64,000 nucleotides of DNA from a virus (taxonomy: Duplodnaviria; Caudoviricetes): IMG/VR virus record IMGVR_UViG_3300035502_001274, positions 64,001 to 128,000 of that record; one strand, given 5' to 3'. The notes below the pieces were generated by a model, which worked only from the letters and a program-made list of their open reading frames with translations, did not search any database and had not been told where the DNA came from. A program made the translations under genes and the position numbers. Below, in pieces: positions 30,601 through 40,459 of this stretch (within the stretch, counting starts at the first letter, position 1; every line of letters begins with the position of its first letter).

Positions 30601-30834
30601 GATTGGAGTACGACCCTGAAGCAGATTGGTGATATGATCGTGAAGATCGCTGACGGGATCATGCTGCAAATCAAGAATAATCACTTTGAGTTGACAGACG
30701 CCCAAGTGGAACATCTCGATCTCATGACCGATGAGTTCCATTTGGCAGTCATCAATGAAGAGCCTATCAACGACGCCATTATGATGCAAGATACCCTCAT
30801 TAAGGTGGAGGATTCGTCAGAGGACGTAACTTGA
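27679..30834 (+). CDS. large virion structural protein (baseplate/tail type)
   Basis: About 1050 aa; late promoter AACA-N6-TA at 27632-27643; NAYYRML.GLPP and KGSTQVFYDL segments reminiscent of jumbo-phage baseplate proteins. Confidence 0.6.
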   Translation: MANPDISAKSFLNELMDISLHLIWKDPYYVVANESAETKMEAEAYVAARNGDLYFNSVYQFHEEVLQGFFPDPDELAIVLLNKRMIPDELRDAIVQAEAEYLIDYWENRDGETNAYYRMLFGLPPIDTDESDYVYNTRYADIDMTTPIHKLPYTERLKLENRGYLDELMAEEANADKLYLKYLGKYRIYPYVARQAENFQLLYVQPSNYDYLRNDFIDTYEEARRMVIRVYYNDAYRNNSHLYEGFLGMCILFITQQRMYAKYLEADVDRNFYDLQSLKLVYDAYGMPFYSSIPLKYHEKIVKHMNELISYKGSTQVFYDLFDLFDFGKMDVFEYFLVKERKTDSDGNPVFRDKDGNALSEEDKWNLRFAKVGWKDNKFVEVTDPDNVVEYDKLTTVDPYWVEDSNLKKKLYESDWNYFHSKYMGVQLMFELSKLLFEMCYFLHLLEDNRSTLSKLTTYYSMIAEDVPIFDMVIYTIAVMCKNAGYTGEIPSDPASVAAIYGFNFKEYNSLMKMGTEDMSDFVVNFKKECTDFAKANAALAADDTLLWLIDHITGGAFNYLGDDFPYNEWGYAPSPVFLKDYWPTRNSVEAVRSYLKGTIDVLKSDATLSEFEIIQLYQRLVTKDNYEFKVLTDPSLGDQGYETFLLKNRDFDEEDVQTLRNAVIASYEHMLAWMIKLLDTRRALTYDPHIMELINNMNVDSVDDVDRLYKNMEELDEYLSYRIRKAQHKDEYEAFANLRKILMTTHLVTETFTKRNGEVASTYEDLLQDINSTLYNRLNNDDLDMETEEQYAIQTLMKLCDDLELMESMNTDNIRRIVEHLFKILAFIKSAKVDLTEFQIIYLITDRGMNYIKLIGELWEQDVTHLPWKVDPDKFYLLDNGMPWAIFIVQYFLDRVYLVDQKHAMKVQYLLTSSFEDLTDLLLQNVEQYGYSSLEYLFDWLHDEVLHIKVLEDARFFELIKTDTEGMTPTSDFDWSTTLKQIGDMIVKIADGIMLQIKNNHFELTDAQVEHLDLMTDEFHLAVINEEPINDAIMMQDTLIKVEDSSEDVT

Positions 30835-30881
30835 TGGCTCCCAAACATCCTGATAATCGTTTGAAATAATAAATTCCTTGT

Positions 30882-31757
30882 ATGAGGAGGCTTTCCCTTA
30901 TGGAAAATATCCGTATGCTGAAGGATGCCATGATTCCCCTGGACAAGATGATGCCCAAGCATAATCAAAATTCCAAGGTGGCCAAGGGCATTCTTTACCG
31001 TGACGACGGCGTGGACGGTTTTGGACGCCGGATCTTCACCAAGGTTGCTGAGAATACAGTGACGCTGGGCGGCGCCATCGCTGCGCTGGAGCGTCTGACC
31101 AATGTGGAGTCCTCTTTCAGGCCCAATACCCTGAACCACATCATGAGCCTGAATGACGGCTACACCTACAACCTGAACTCCACGCCCATCGCTCTATTTG
31201 GATGCGGCATTGGCGGCGCTGGCATGACCTTCGGCGATGTTTATGATCCCGACGTCAAGCAGAATAACATCGCCCAGCTGATCCCCATGATGGTGTCTGC
31301 CAATGAGCTGACCGGCACTGAGGCCGACAAGTACATGATGCGGACTACTGTCAAGACGACCGATGGTACCAAGCTGAACTGCTGGTATCTGAAGGAGTTT
31401 GATACTGTCGCTCGTATCACTTCCCTGTGGAAGGATGCGCCGGCGGAGAACGAAGATGGCTCCGAAATTGTGGAAGACATCTCCGACAGCGAGTCTGAGA
31501 ACGGCGTGGAATCTTTCGCGCAGTTCAAGTTGGCTCTCAACGATGATGACTGCCGGAGCTACTTCGAGGCAATGGGCATGCTGCCCCAGGCCCGCTTCAA
31601 CAGCATCGGCCTGTACGTCGGTGAAAAGGTGATCCTGGACGACGGCAGCACCGATTACGTGAACGTGAGCCTCTTCTCTGTGGTCAATATCAATAACGAG
31701 GCATTGGCCGAGAGAAAGAGCCTGGTTTACTACTACAGAGTCTACGCCATGATTTAA
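30882..31757 (+). CDS. virion structural protein (baseplate/tail type; start probably 30900)
   Basis: Late promoter 30844-30855; ENTVTLGG, LFGCGIGG, YYYRVY C-terminus. Confidence 0.6.
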   Translation: MRRLSLMENIRMLKDAMIPLDKMMPKHNQNSKVAKGILYRDDGVDGFGRRIFTKVAENTVTLGGAIAALERLTNVESSFRPNTLNHIMSLNDGYTYNLNSTPIALFGCGIGGAGMTFGDVYDPDVKQNNIAQLIPMMVSANELTGTEADKYMMRTTVKTTDGTKLNCWYLKEFDTVARITSLWKDAPAENEDGSEIVEDISDSESENGVESFAQFKLALNDDDCRSYFEAMGMLPQARFNSIGLYVGEKVILDDGSTDYVNVSLFSVVNINNEALAERKSLVYYYRVYAMI

Positions 31758-31796
31758 CGGCAAAAAAGAAGACTACCATTTCTGGTAGTCTTCTTT

Positions 31797-32288
31797 TCAG
31801 CCCTCCAGGATGCGAGTATGCACCCAGTAGTTCTTCATTTTGTAGGAGCGATCTTCCGTTACATCGGCGATAAGGCCGTCGAACGGATACTGGTAAGCGA
31901 GCGCTTCTTCCTCACTATCGAATTCCACTTCAGCGTAGTAGAACTCCGAAGCCGAGCCGGCATCCACACGAGCCACCACAACTTCATGCCCGTTATCATT
32001 GTAGACCCGAATTTCTTTCTGAATCGGATCCGCGCCGAACTCCGCAAACATCTGCTGCGTGAACTCCAACCCGACCTCTGTCTCAATCTCGGTGCGAGTC
32101 AGCGTACCCGCACTTTTATAGGTGAGATGGCACCTGGTCTCACCATTGCGAGACAGAGCACGGAGCCGAATCTCCGGCTTCACGGTGATGTAGATCGCCG
32201 AACTTTGGGACGTACTGACAACCTCAGCATTGGGGAAACCGGATACGAGGAACTTCTTCTCGATCTCAACTGGCAATTTGTTATTCAT
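31797..32288 (-). CDS. CYTH (triphosphate tunnel metalloenzyme) domain protein
   Basis: EIEKKF, RLR, LTYK, R.EIE, AEVEF, DVTED.SY motifs. Confidence 0.85.
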   Translation of the reverse strand: MNNKLPVEIEKKFLVSGFPNAEVVSTSQSSAIYITVKPEIRLRALSRNGETRCHLTYKSAGTLTRTEIETEVGLEFTQQMFAEFGADPIQKEIRVYNDNGHEVVVARVDAGSASEFYYAEVEFDSEEEALAYQYPFDGLIADVTEDRSYKMKNYWVHTRILEG

Positions 32289-32358
32289 GGTATGACTTCC
32301 TTCCTTTTAGTATTTCATATAAATGATATTTGCTCAGGTTCTGGGCAAATACTGGAAG

Positions 32359-32898
32359 TCAAGTCTGGTTCCAGAGACTGATGAGAGCATAGCCTCCGTG
32401 ATTTGTCACGTCAAGACCATCACCAAAGACGCGCTTCATTTCTGCGTTGGTTGTGCTGGAGTCGCCTTCAGCGATGATCCACTTCTGGGTCGGATCCCAA
32501 AACTCGCTGCCTTCATGGTCAATGGCATCCACCGTGAAGATGAGCCCTTTATACTTCAGCTTATAGCGAGAGATATGCATGGGCACGAGCTTGTACGTGC
32601 CAACCAGTTCATTGATGAAAGCGCTGCCGGCTTCTGTCGTGACAAATGTTGTGTAGAAGCCATGTCGAGGCCCGATGGTGACGCGACAGGGTCCATCAGC
32701 ATGCAGGACGCTGGGCGCCGTGAGCCTCCGAGGCTCCGTCAAGATGGGACGGAACTTCTCCACTTGAAGATAGCGGTCAATCATATCTAGGAATACGACA
32801 GCACCCTCTTCATGCTCGTAATATTCGAGCTCGGGCACTTCCTCTGCACGCAATAGCCAACGCTTCGGTGCAGTATGCGGTTCATATTTAAGAATCAC
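32359..32898 (-). CDS. degenerate CYTH-like paralog
   Basis: KRWLL, RYKLKYKGLIFTVD, IAEGD, DVTN; lacks the ExExK motif. Confidence 0.5.
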   Translation of the reverse strand: MILKYEPHTAPKRWLLRAEEVPELEYYEHEEGAVVFLDMIDRYLQVEKFRPILTEPRRLTAPSVLHADGPCRVTIGPRHGFYTTFVTTEAGSAFINELVGTYKLVPMHISRYKLKYKGLIFTVDAIDHEGSEFWDPTQKWIIAEGDSSTTNAEMKRVFGDGLDVTNHGGYALISLWNQT

Positions 32899-33697
32899 TT
32901 TTATGGTCCTCCTTCCATTTGATATCCTTAGGTTCGTAGGTCACTTCAAGTATACGGTCTCTCCGTAGGATTGCTTCAGTGATTTTAAGAGCATTCACAG
33001 GGATATCGTATTTCCGATCTTCCAGATGCATTTTCAGCATTTTATTACTGGTGCGGATGGCAACTTTATCATGCTCTTGCAACCACTTTGCCGTAGACTG
33101 GAACGTGCCGCCATCTGTAATGGCCAATCGTACATGAGCCCAATCAAAGTACTGACCAGGAACGGCAGTTCGGACATCTTTCTCAAGTACTACATCTTTG
33201 GGCGTAATGGAGTGGAAGACGCCATTCTTGATCAGAGAGTAATCAATGCAGTTGCGATCGATCCATGCGATGAGCTCTTTAATGGGCTTTCCATCAAACT
33301 CTTCAAGAGCTTGCCAATGTGTACGCAACCAGGGCCTGATGCCGCTATTGTGGCCAACGTCGCTGCAGATCTGCTGGAAAGTCTCTTCGTCGCAGTCCTC
33401 AAAGCATCCAGGAAACAGCGTATGAACCATACGAGCTTTAAAATCTGCGTCTCTGTGGTTAATTGCCCTTGTGCAGGCAATACAATTATGATCATTCAGA
33501 CACCCGTGGCACCCGAAACGACGTTTCCATTTCTTTGGATAATTTTCATTCATTGCCTGATGTTCCGTGGACATGAAAAATCGCACATTGCCGTGAGAGG
33601 ATACGTAGCAGACTTTGTATAGCTTCAGTTGGCTATCATATATCTGGATCACTGGATTTTTAATATCGACTTTTTCGGTGTAGAGTTTATAAGGCAT
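32888..33697 (-). CDS. hypothetical protein with Cys cluster
   Basis: GGAGG RBS, early motif 33733-33739; CHGC...CIAC. Confidence 0.7.
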   Translation of the reverse strand: MPYKLYTEKVDIKNPVIQIYDSQLKLYKVCYVSSHGNVRFFMSTEHQAMNENYPKKWKRRFGCHGCLNDHNCIACTRAINHRDADFKARMVHTLFPGCFEDCDEETFQQICSDVGHNSGIRPWLRTHWQALEEFDGKPIKELIAWIDRNCIDYSLIKNGVFHSITPKDVVLEKDVRTAVPGQYFDWAHVRLAITDGGTFQSTAKWLQEHDKVAIRTSNKMLKMHLEDRKYDIPVNALKITEAILRRDRILEVTYEPKDIKWKEDHKSDS

Positions 33698-33808
33698 TTG
33701 AGTGTGCCTCCTTTCATGTATTTCTCTTGGGAATGATATATGGCCAGTGATTTAGGCGTTTTAACATCCCCATAATCCAAAATACCCAATGAAAGTTGGT
33801 GTGTAAGC

Positions 33809-35032
33809 ATGGCTGTGGCAAGCGCTGCCATCAAAAAAGAGCTACTGAGCAAGACTCGCCAAGAACTGACGGTGTCTTTTCTCATCTCCAAAATTGCCAA
33901 AACCACTAAAATTGAAACAGATGAAAATGGCCGACGCCTTTTCAATGTGAAACTGCCGGAGTGGGATCTCCAGGCCAAAGTCCACCTCAATCCTCATGAG
34001 TACATCAATGAAGAAGCGGTCGATACCACCATTGGTTCCATCATCGTCAATAAGTTGATGATTGAGGGCTACGTGGAGTCCGTGGTGGATAATCACTACT
34101 ACAATGAGGTCATCACCAAGAAAAGCTTTCAGAAGCTGCTGGATCGAATCACCAATGCGTTGATGGATGATAAAATTCCCCTGAATCCCAACGTGGTGAA
34201 GTTCCTGCAGGCTTTTGAGTTCTATGGCTTGATGCTGGCCTCTGCGGTATCGCCTTCGTTGACTAAGGGTGTTATGTCAGTACAGGATGAAGTCCGTGAG
34301 AAGAGAGATGAACTCTTCGCCAAGTACGATGACCACCCGACCATCAATGAAGCGGTTAAGATTGAGGACCAGCTCACCAAAGAGGCCGCCAAGCTTTTGA
34401 AAGATGATCCCGGCATGACCCTGTTTGACTCTGGTTCTCGTGGATCCTTTGATGACAACTACAAGATGATGTCTGTCATGGTTGGTCCTGTGGCCGTCCC
34501 TGGCAGTACTAAGTATGATGTCGTCAAGAATAACTACATCGATGGTGTTGAGAAGTCCGACCTTCCTGCCATTGGTAACACCATGGTCGCTGCTGCCTAC
34601 TCTCGTGCTGTGGCTACCGCTGATGGTGGCTATCTCACGAAGCAGTTTTATGCAGTTTATCAGAGCATTGCCATTGACGAGCCCGGTACTGATTGTGGTT
34701 CCAAAGGCTTCCTGCCGGTGTTTCTGACACCCAAGAATTACGCAGATTACACTTGGCAGTATATCTATGATAATGGCAAGCTGGTTCTGCTGGATGATAG
34801 CACCAAAGACAAGTATATGAATAAGACGGTCAAGTTCCGTTCCCCCATTGGATGCCTCAATCCCAAGCTCTGCAATAAGTGTATGGGAGAGCGCTTCTAT
34901 AAGTTGAACATCAAGAACGCTGGCTTGACTACGGGCCGTATGCCCAACTCTATCATGAACGCCAGCTTGAAGAACTTCCACAATACCAAGGTGAAACTGA
35001 CCACAGTGGATCCCGACAAGCTCCTCATCTGA
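33809..35032 (+). CDS. multisubunit RNA polymerase beta'-like subunit (bridge-helix/Zn part), probably virion RNAP
   Basis: SGSRGS, TADGGYLTKQF (bridge helix), DCGS, RSPIGC...CNKCMG; late promoter at 33763-33774. Confidence 0.85.
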   Translation: MAVASAAIKKELLSKTRQELTVSFLISKIAKTTKIETDENGRRLFNVKLPEWDLQAKVHLNPHEYINEEAVDTTIGSIIVNKLMIEGYVESVVDNHYYNEVITKKSFQKLLDRITNALMDDKIPLNPNVVKFLQAFEFYGLMLASAVSPSLTKGVMSVQDEVREKRDELFAKYDDHPTINEAVKIEDQLTKEAAKLLKDDPGMTLFDSGSRGSFDDNYKMMSVMVGPVAVPGSTKYDVVKNNYIDGVEKSDLPAIGNTMVAAAYSRAVATADGGYLTKQFYAVYQSIAIDEPGTDCGSKGFLPVFLTPKNYADYTWQYIYDNGKLVLLDDSTKDKYMNKTVKFRSPIGCLNPKLCNKCMGERFYKLNIKNAGLTTGRMPNSIMNASLKNFHNTKVKLTTVDPDKLLI

Positions 35033-35124
35033 CAGAAAAGCACCATAGGCTTGATGGCCTATGGTGCTTTTAACTTTTTCCATATATCATTTTGGTGAAA
35101 TCTAATGTAAAGGAGCTTATCAAA

Positions 35125-35616
35125 ATGGCTAAAACAGTTTTACACCAGCACAGTTGTGATGCATGTCATGAGGTCGATACTCATCTCATGTATCAATACA
35201 CCGAAAATGGAGAGATGCATGACCGACATGTTTGCACAGATTGCCTTATTGATGATATCCGGAAAGCTTTCCTCGGATACGTTGGCCGGAAGATCAACTA
35301 CTTTGGGAGAATGACGGATACGCATCTGCGCGCTATCAGCCTCTTGGATATCCTGGAGTTGAATGAAGCCATGTCCATCAATCTGGAGTTTGCCGACGTC
35401 AAAATTCAGCGCATTGAGCCGTTTTGCACGCTGCAGATTGAGGTTTCTCCATCCGCTACGGCCATGGTCGTCATTGTGCGCTCGACCCTCAATAACCAGT
35501 ACCATGCCTATCCCTTCTACGCTAATAACCTGGCACATATGCTGGACATCGTAACAGATGTCTTCAAGAAAGAATTTGAGGGGAATACCTACGGGAAAGA
35601 CATGATACCCTTTTAA
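35125..35616 (+). CDS. hypothetical protein with Zn-finger-like N-terminus
   Basis: CDAC...CTDC; early motif 35084-35090. Confidence 0.65.
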   Translation: MAKTVLHQHSCDACHEVDTHLMYQYTENGEMHDRHVCTDCLIDDIRKAFLGYVGRKINYFGRMTDTHLRAISLLDILELNEAMSINLEFADVKIQRIEPFCTLQIEVSPSATAMVVIVRSTLNNQYHAYPFYANNLAHMLDIVTDVFKKEFEGNTYGKDMIPF

Positions 35617-35629
35617 GGAGAAGTACCCT

Positions 35630-36298
35630 ATGCATCATATCCTGAAGCAGTGCATCGTCAAACCAATCTTTAATTACTTTAAAGAAGGGCGGTTGTGGCG
35701 CATGACCTTCGCCGAATATTTCAAGCAGATGAGTCCCTCTAGCATTCAGAAGGCCATCGATGCTGATCAGGCTAAAACACTCACGCCTGCCAAGTACGCA
35801 GAGCGTGTCCATTTCATTCTGAAGATTGCCGCAAAGGATCCCATTCTCCCCGGCATTGATGGGATCGATACCACCTTACTCAATCAGATTCTGGTCTATT
35901 CCATGTATAAGATGGACCGGGTCAATTTCCTGCTGGTTTCTGGCAAGAAAAATATCAATTTGCACTCTGATGAAGTGCTGAGCATCGCCCTGAGTGACGA
36001 CGCGATGATGCGGTATTTCCCGTCCTTGGATATTCGCAGGGAGTATGCCACCACGGTGCTGATCACCACCATTCTATATTTGGTGGCCATGCACAAGAAA
36101 GTGGAGGCCAATACCCTGCTCAATATGTCGGCGGACCTGAATGCCAAGTCACTCAATGCGGCTGTCGACGTTGCACGGGATATGCTGCAGGATTGCAAGC
36201 GCTTTGGCAAAGGCGCCTATGACCGTTACGTGTTGCGTTTCCTCAATGAGACACGGCAGAGTGTTGGGACGGTCAAGACCCATCAGCGTGCATTCTAA
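35630..36298 (+). CDS. hypothetical protein
   Basis: AAGGAG RBS; 222 aa. Confidence 0.7.
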   Translation: MHHILKQCIVKPIFNYFKEGRLWRMTFAEYFKQMSPSSIQKAIDADQAKTLTPAKYAERVHFILKIAAKDPILPGIDGIDTTLLNQILVYSMYKMDRVNFLLVSGKKNINLHSDEVLSIALSDDAMMRYFPSLDIRREYATTVLITTILYLVAMHKKVEANTLLNMSADLNAKSLNAAVDVARDMLQDCKRFGKGAYDRYVLRFLNETRQSVGTVKTHQRAF

Positions 36299-36455
36299 CT
36301 GCCTGGTAAACACCACGCTAATGCCGTGTTTGCCATATTCACGGCGTCTCCTTTAGCCAATTCTTTCATCATAAAGAATTCGCCAGAAAGTGCCGCCTAC
36401 TCAAATCTGGGTAGGCGGCCTTTTCAACCATAAAATACTAGGGAGGGATTATGTT

Positions 36456-37526
36456 TTGGAGTACGTAATCCGGCCCTCTGCGTTGACCTCCATCTCGCAG
36501 AGCGCTAACTTTTTTGATGCCCTCTCGGCATGTGAACAGATGGAAGCATCTCCCGCCACCGAACTCTTTGGGTTTGGCGATCATGGAAGTCCTGCTTTCA
36601 TGCCCAAAGGCGTCGATCTGCGCAATATCAGCACCGGCTCTGGTAAACTGGTAATGAGCGCCATCGATAACCTGGATCATGCCATCTCTGATTGGGAGCA
36701 TCAATTGTCCAAGGAGCTGAATAACGCCATTGGCGGGCTCTTTGGTGCCAATAAAGACAGAATTAAGCTGCTCAGCGCTGACCTGAAGAAATATCAATCC
36801 TTGGCCGCCGACGCCAATAAAAGATTGAAAACTCCCGGTTTGACTGAGCAGGTAAGAGCGGATTTGATGCAGCAAGAGCAGACTGCCCTGGACCACATGG
36901 AGCAGACAAGAGCTCGCATCAATGACCTCAATGCCAATATTCTCATTCCCAATGAGATCATGCAGGCCGTCAATGAGAGCACTGCTCTAGCCAAAGAAGG
37001 TCTCAATCTGGTTGTGACAGAGTATGCCAGTTATGAGCGTACCATTGAGTCGAAGACCAAGGTCGCCGATTTGCGGTTTGGGATCATCAAGGATGATGCT
37101 TACATCAATGAGATGAATAGGCATCGCATGAACTTGACTGATCCCTATTCCGATATCTTGCAGCGACTCAATACGATCACCAAGCAGGCTTCTCAAATCA
37201 ACGATACCCGCATCACTGGTGCCAAAGTGACTACACCTGTGGAAAATGCGGTCAAGTTTGATCTGGTAAGAGTCAGGGCTCTGACGACCATCTATGAGAA
37301 GTATAAGAAAATCACCAGCGATATTCATCAGCGTCTCAACGTCCTGCGTGCCGAGATGCGCTTGATCATGTCTGGGAAACCTACCAAATACAAGCTGACT
37401 TCGGTCATGATTGCCCAAGAAGTTGTCTTCCTGACGACCTTCTGTCTCAAGTTCAGCGATATGCTGCTGCTCTATATGAGTCCCATCATGGGTGTGATTG
37501 AGTCGGCTGGTAACGTGGCTTATTAA
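36456..37526 (+). CDS. coiled-coil putative head protein (ATE propeptide)
   Basis: TTG start after GGGAGG; AACC-N6-TA upstream; PATELFG motif. Confidence 0.6.
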   Translation: MEYVIRPSALTSISQSANFFDALSACEQMEASPATELFGFGDHGSPAFMPKGVDLRNISTGSGKLVMSAIDNLDHAISDWEHQLSKELNNAIGGLFGANKDRIKLLSADLKKYQSLAADANKRLKTPGLTEQVRADLMQQEQTALDHMEQTRARINDLNANILIPNEIMQAVNESTALAKEGLNLVVTEYASYERTIESKTKVADLRFGIIKDDAYINEMNRHRMNLTDPYSDILQRLNTITKQASQINDTRITGAKVTTPVENAVKFDLVRVRALTTIYEKYKKITSDIHQRLNVLRAEMRLIMSGKPTKYKLTSVMIAQEVVFLTTFCLKFSDMLLLYMSPIMGVIESAGNVAY

Positions 37527-37569
37527 AGGCAGTGAACACCCCAGTACCTTGACGGTACTGGGGTGCTTT

Positions 37570-37802
37570 AAATACCCGGTCATAGGGAGTTGGGCTTCTC
37601 AGAGGGAGACGGGGCCAGGGACAGGCCTCGTGGATGTAAGTGCTGGAGGTACCTACATTGTGAGTCGACCCAGGGTTAGAGGTCATTGGAAAGAAGCCGT
37701 GACCAGGTAAGTGAGGTGCGCCGGCCTACGCGTATGTGGAGACGGACATCCCCTTTGAACACGCACACGATCCGGTTAGCTGATAGTTTACCGCTTATCA
37801 AA
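37570..37802 (-). ncRNA. candidate structured ncRNA
   Basis: No credible ORF; TATTATTT early-like motif at about 37803-37811 on minus strand, terminator 37536-37570, helices TACCTGGTCA/TGACCGGGTA and GGCTTCT/AGAAGCC. Confidence 0.4.
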
Positions 37803-37970
37803 AAATAATACAGATCTGAAATTAAGAGAAAGGAGGAATGCCGTTGATGCACGACATTCCTCCGTTTTGCTGGCCGGTGTTTAACCATATATCATTTAGC
37901 TGAGTATAAAGCATTATGCTGCTATGCTCATCATCTTATAACCTCATATCCAATAGAAAGGAGGCGACAG

Positions 37971-38159
37971 GTGATGACTATCAAGTATTCGATAATCGTG
38001 ATCGAAACACTGGAAATTTCCAGTACACTTCAAGATAACCGATTTGCCGAAGCACGCGAACTCAGAGCTCGCACCAATCGAGCTTGGCATGAAGCGCGCC
38101 ATGGCAATCTGCTTGAGGCTGCAAAGATCGCACATCAATACATAGGCGCAATTTGCTAA
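37971..38159 (+). CDS. small early protein
   Basis: ATATCAT 37889-37895, AAGGAGG RBS, terminator 38169-38202. Confidence 0.65.
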   Translation: MMTIKYSIIVIETLEISSTLQDNRFAEARELRARTNRAWHEARHGNLLEAAKIAHQYIGAIC

Positions 38160-38383
38160 TACTCACATGGAGAGAGCTGGTTCATCAGTTCTCTCCTTTT
38201 TTGGCTCAACACTGGCGTGAACCGCATAGGCCTAATAGATTAGAGTAGCGTTCTGACGAATGTTAAAACCTTAATGACGACATGCTATTTACAATTCGCG
38301 CCACCGTTATACGAGTTAATACCAAATGATAATTATCAAAAGAGACATTGCGTGACCTACGCAATGTCTCTTTAAGGATAGCT

Positions 38384-40260
38384 TTAGATGTTATTCAACG
38401 CCCAGAATGCAGCGATCTCGTCTTTAATCGGCATCATCTTCATTTCAACTCGGCCATTCATACGAGAAATGTACATATTGCGATCTGGCGCCAAATTACG
38501 AGCAAATCTTTTACCTAAATCGAGGCCATAAATACGGAACACGTTCGTTTGATCACCATCGAAATCCGCGTTCATCAGCTGGATTATTGCCGTTGGGATA
38601 GTAAGGCTCTTATCCTCAAAGTTATGCTTCACGCGTTTTACAGTTACCATCATGAAACTGCCGTAGTTAATGGAAGGATTCTCGTTGGTCACGTTAGTTC
38701 GCTACGCCAACGCAGTTCTCTAGTGAACTTCTACATGTTACCATGCAGGACAGATCATATCACCAACTCGTAGATGCATGAACGTACCTACGAGTCGCTT
38801 CGCATTTCCCTTTGAAGGAATTACGACAGGCTAATGTCACCTATCAACCTACCCCAATAGCTTGGGCGGTACTCTACTCGGTTATTCACGGACTAATTAC
38901 TCATTCCGCTATCCTTTCGATGATCGTTGAACCTTTACCCACAGTACTGTGAGCACTTGGCTGCTGATTTTCCTTTGATAAAGATGGAATATCTAAACGG
39001 AATGCATTGTAGATTACCAAAGGATGTCCCAGCAGTTAACGAAGTTTTCCTTACACCTCGCGATGCAAGGCCGCGATATTCACGGTTAATGAGAAGCCAG
39101 ATATACTGGCGGTCATTTTTGATAAGCTTTTCCATGAGGGTGTAAAACGTGGGATTGTAATGGACCTTAGCGCGCTTCCACTCGTTATTGGCCTGCGCCG
39201 CCGTCACGTTCATCTCCTTGCAATACATATTACAGAGCTCATAGCGAAAGAGCTCAAGCGCTGCAATATAGGGAAGCTCAATCTCATTGGAGCGAAGTTC
39301 GCCAGAGTTGGGTGTGATGATGTTACGGCAGCACCAGTCGTAGCGACCGCCAATGACCTTAGACTGGATAACGCCTTTCTTGCCGTCCATGATCTTGAAG
39401 ATAGCGAGGAAGAGTTCCTCAATCTCTTTCTGGCAAGATGCCAGGAGCTTATCAATCTCAATCTGGACGTTTTCGTTAGCGCTGTCTTCCAGGTCAAAGG
39501 TATTCACCTTATTGGTGGTCTGAATGATAGACTGGAAGTAGGTATTCACTTTCTGCTTGAAGAGCTTTTCATCTTTAGCTCCAGGCAATTCAATGCGCAG
39601 AATAGAGCTAAAGACAGGAATGCAGGAAGTAAATACCTTATCACGGTCAGCACGGAGCTCATGGAAGATGGCGGCTTTGGCGGGCTTCTTCTTCTCATAG
39701 TAGTCCAGTACTTCCGTGAAATGCTCATAGAACCACTTCATGCCCTTTCCCACAAAGGGATGAAGCTTCATTTCGGCAATCTCGCGTTCTCTCAGTTCGT
39801 ACGTATCATCCTCAGAGCCATCTCTTTTCCGATAGGGAGATCTTAAGAGACGATCCAGAACGGGAGTTCCATCCACCTTGCCAAGAGCGTCGGAAAGCTT
39901 CATGGCGTAGATGGGAGAGATCACCTTTCTATTATAGTCGAGCATGATCCAGCCGGTCTTTGTGACATCGGCTTCCACATACTCGACAGGGGTACCGCAC
40001 TGCTCGCAAGTCATGCCGGCATACATTTTGCCAATATATTTCCGGCACTTGCAGGAGTAGCGCTCCTGGAAGGCATTTTCATCACCAAAGTCGGTTCCCC
40101 AGAACTCAGACTGGAGGCCGTTCGGTATTTTTCTTTTCTTGGAGTCGTACGCTTCAGCGCTGGAAATGCGAATGCCTTTTCCTGTTACCAGGTCAGCATA
40201 GCACTCGAAGTCCAGGTCTAACGTTTCGACGCTGACTCGCTCAATACGAGTATCGTACAT
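38384..40260 (-). CDS. non-virion RNA polymerase beta' N-terminal/catalytic subunit, spliced: join(39082..40260, 38384..38680), 491 aa
   Basis: Zn finger CKC...CEQC, KKGVIQSKVIGGR, spliced INR|NPSI, catalytic NADFDGD; early motif 40380-40386. Confidence 0.9.
38681..39081 (-). ncRNA. group I intron (401 nt, no homing endonuclease ORF)
   Basis: Exon ends ...CCGU with P1 partner GCGG, intron ends in G; P/Q/R/S-like AACTGCTGGGA, AATCAGCAGCCAAG, GTTCAACGATCA, GATATGATCTG; removal restores frame. Confidence 0.88.
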
Positions 40261-40459
40261 AAACCTCTCACTACCTTTCTTGATTACCTTTCAGATTTTG
40301 GATTTTGCGTGTGTATAGGGTATCCAATTACTTCCTAATGTACAGAAAACATTAAATTCTCACCTCATCTTTCAGAGAGATGATATAGCAACGTTTAACT
40401 TTAAGCGGAACTGCTCTCTAACACCGCAATAATTTACGAAGAATTGGAGGCAATGTACC

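Noticed and set aside
38253-38300. CTGACGA hammerhead-like core
   Set aside because: No correctly placed GAAA or stems
38935-39081. C-terminal tail EYRGLASRG... of ORF 38935-40260 and start MTNE of ORF 38384-38692
   Set aside because: Intron sequence read through by the ORF caller
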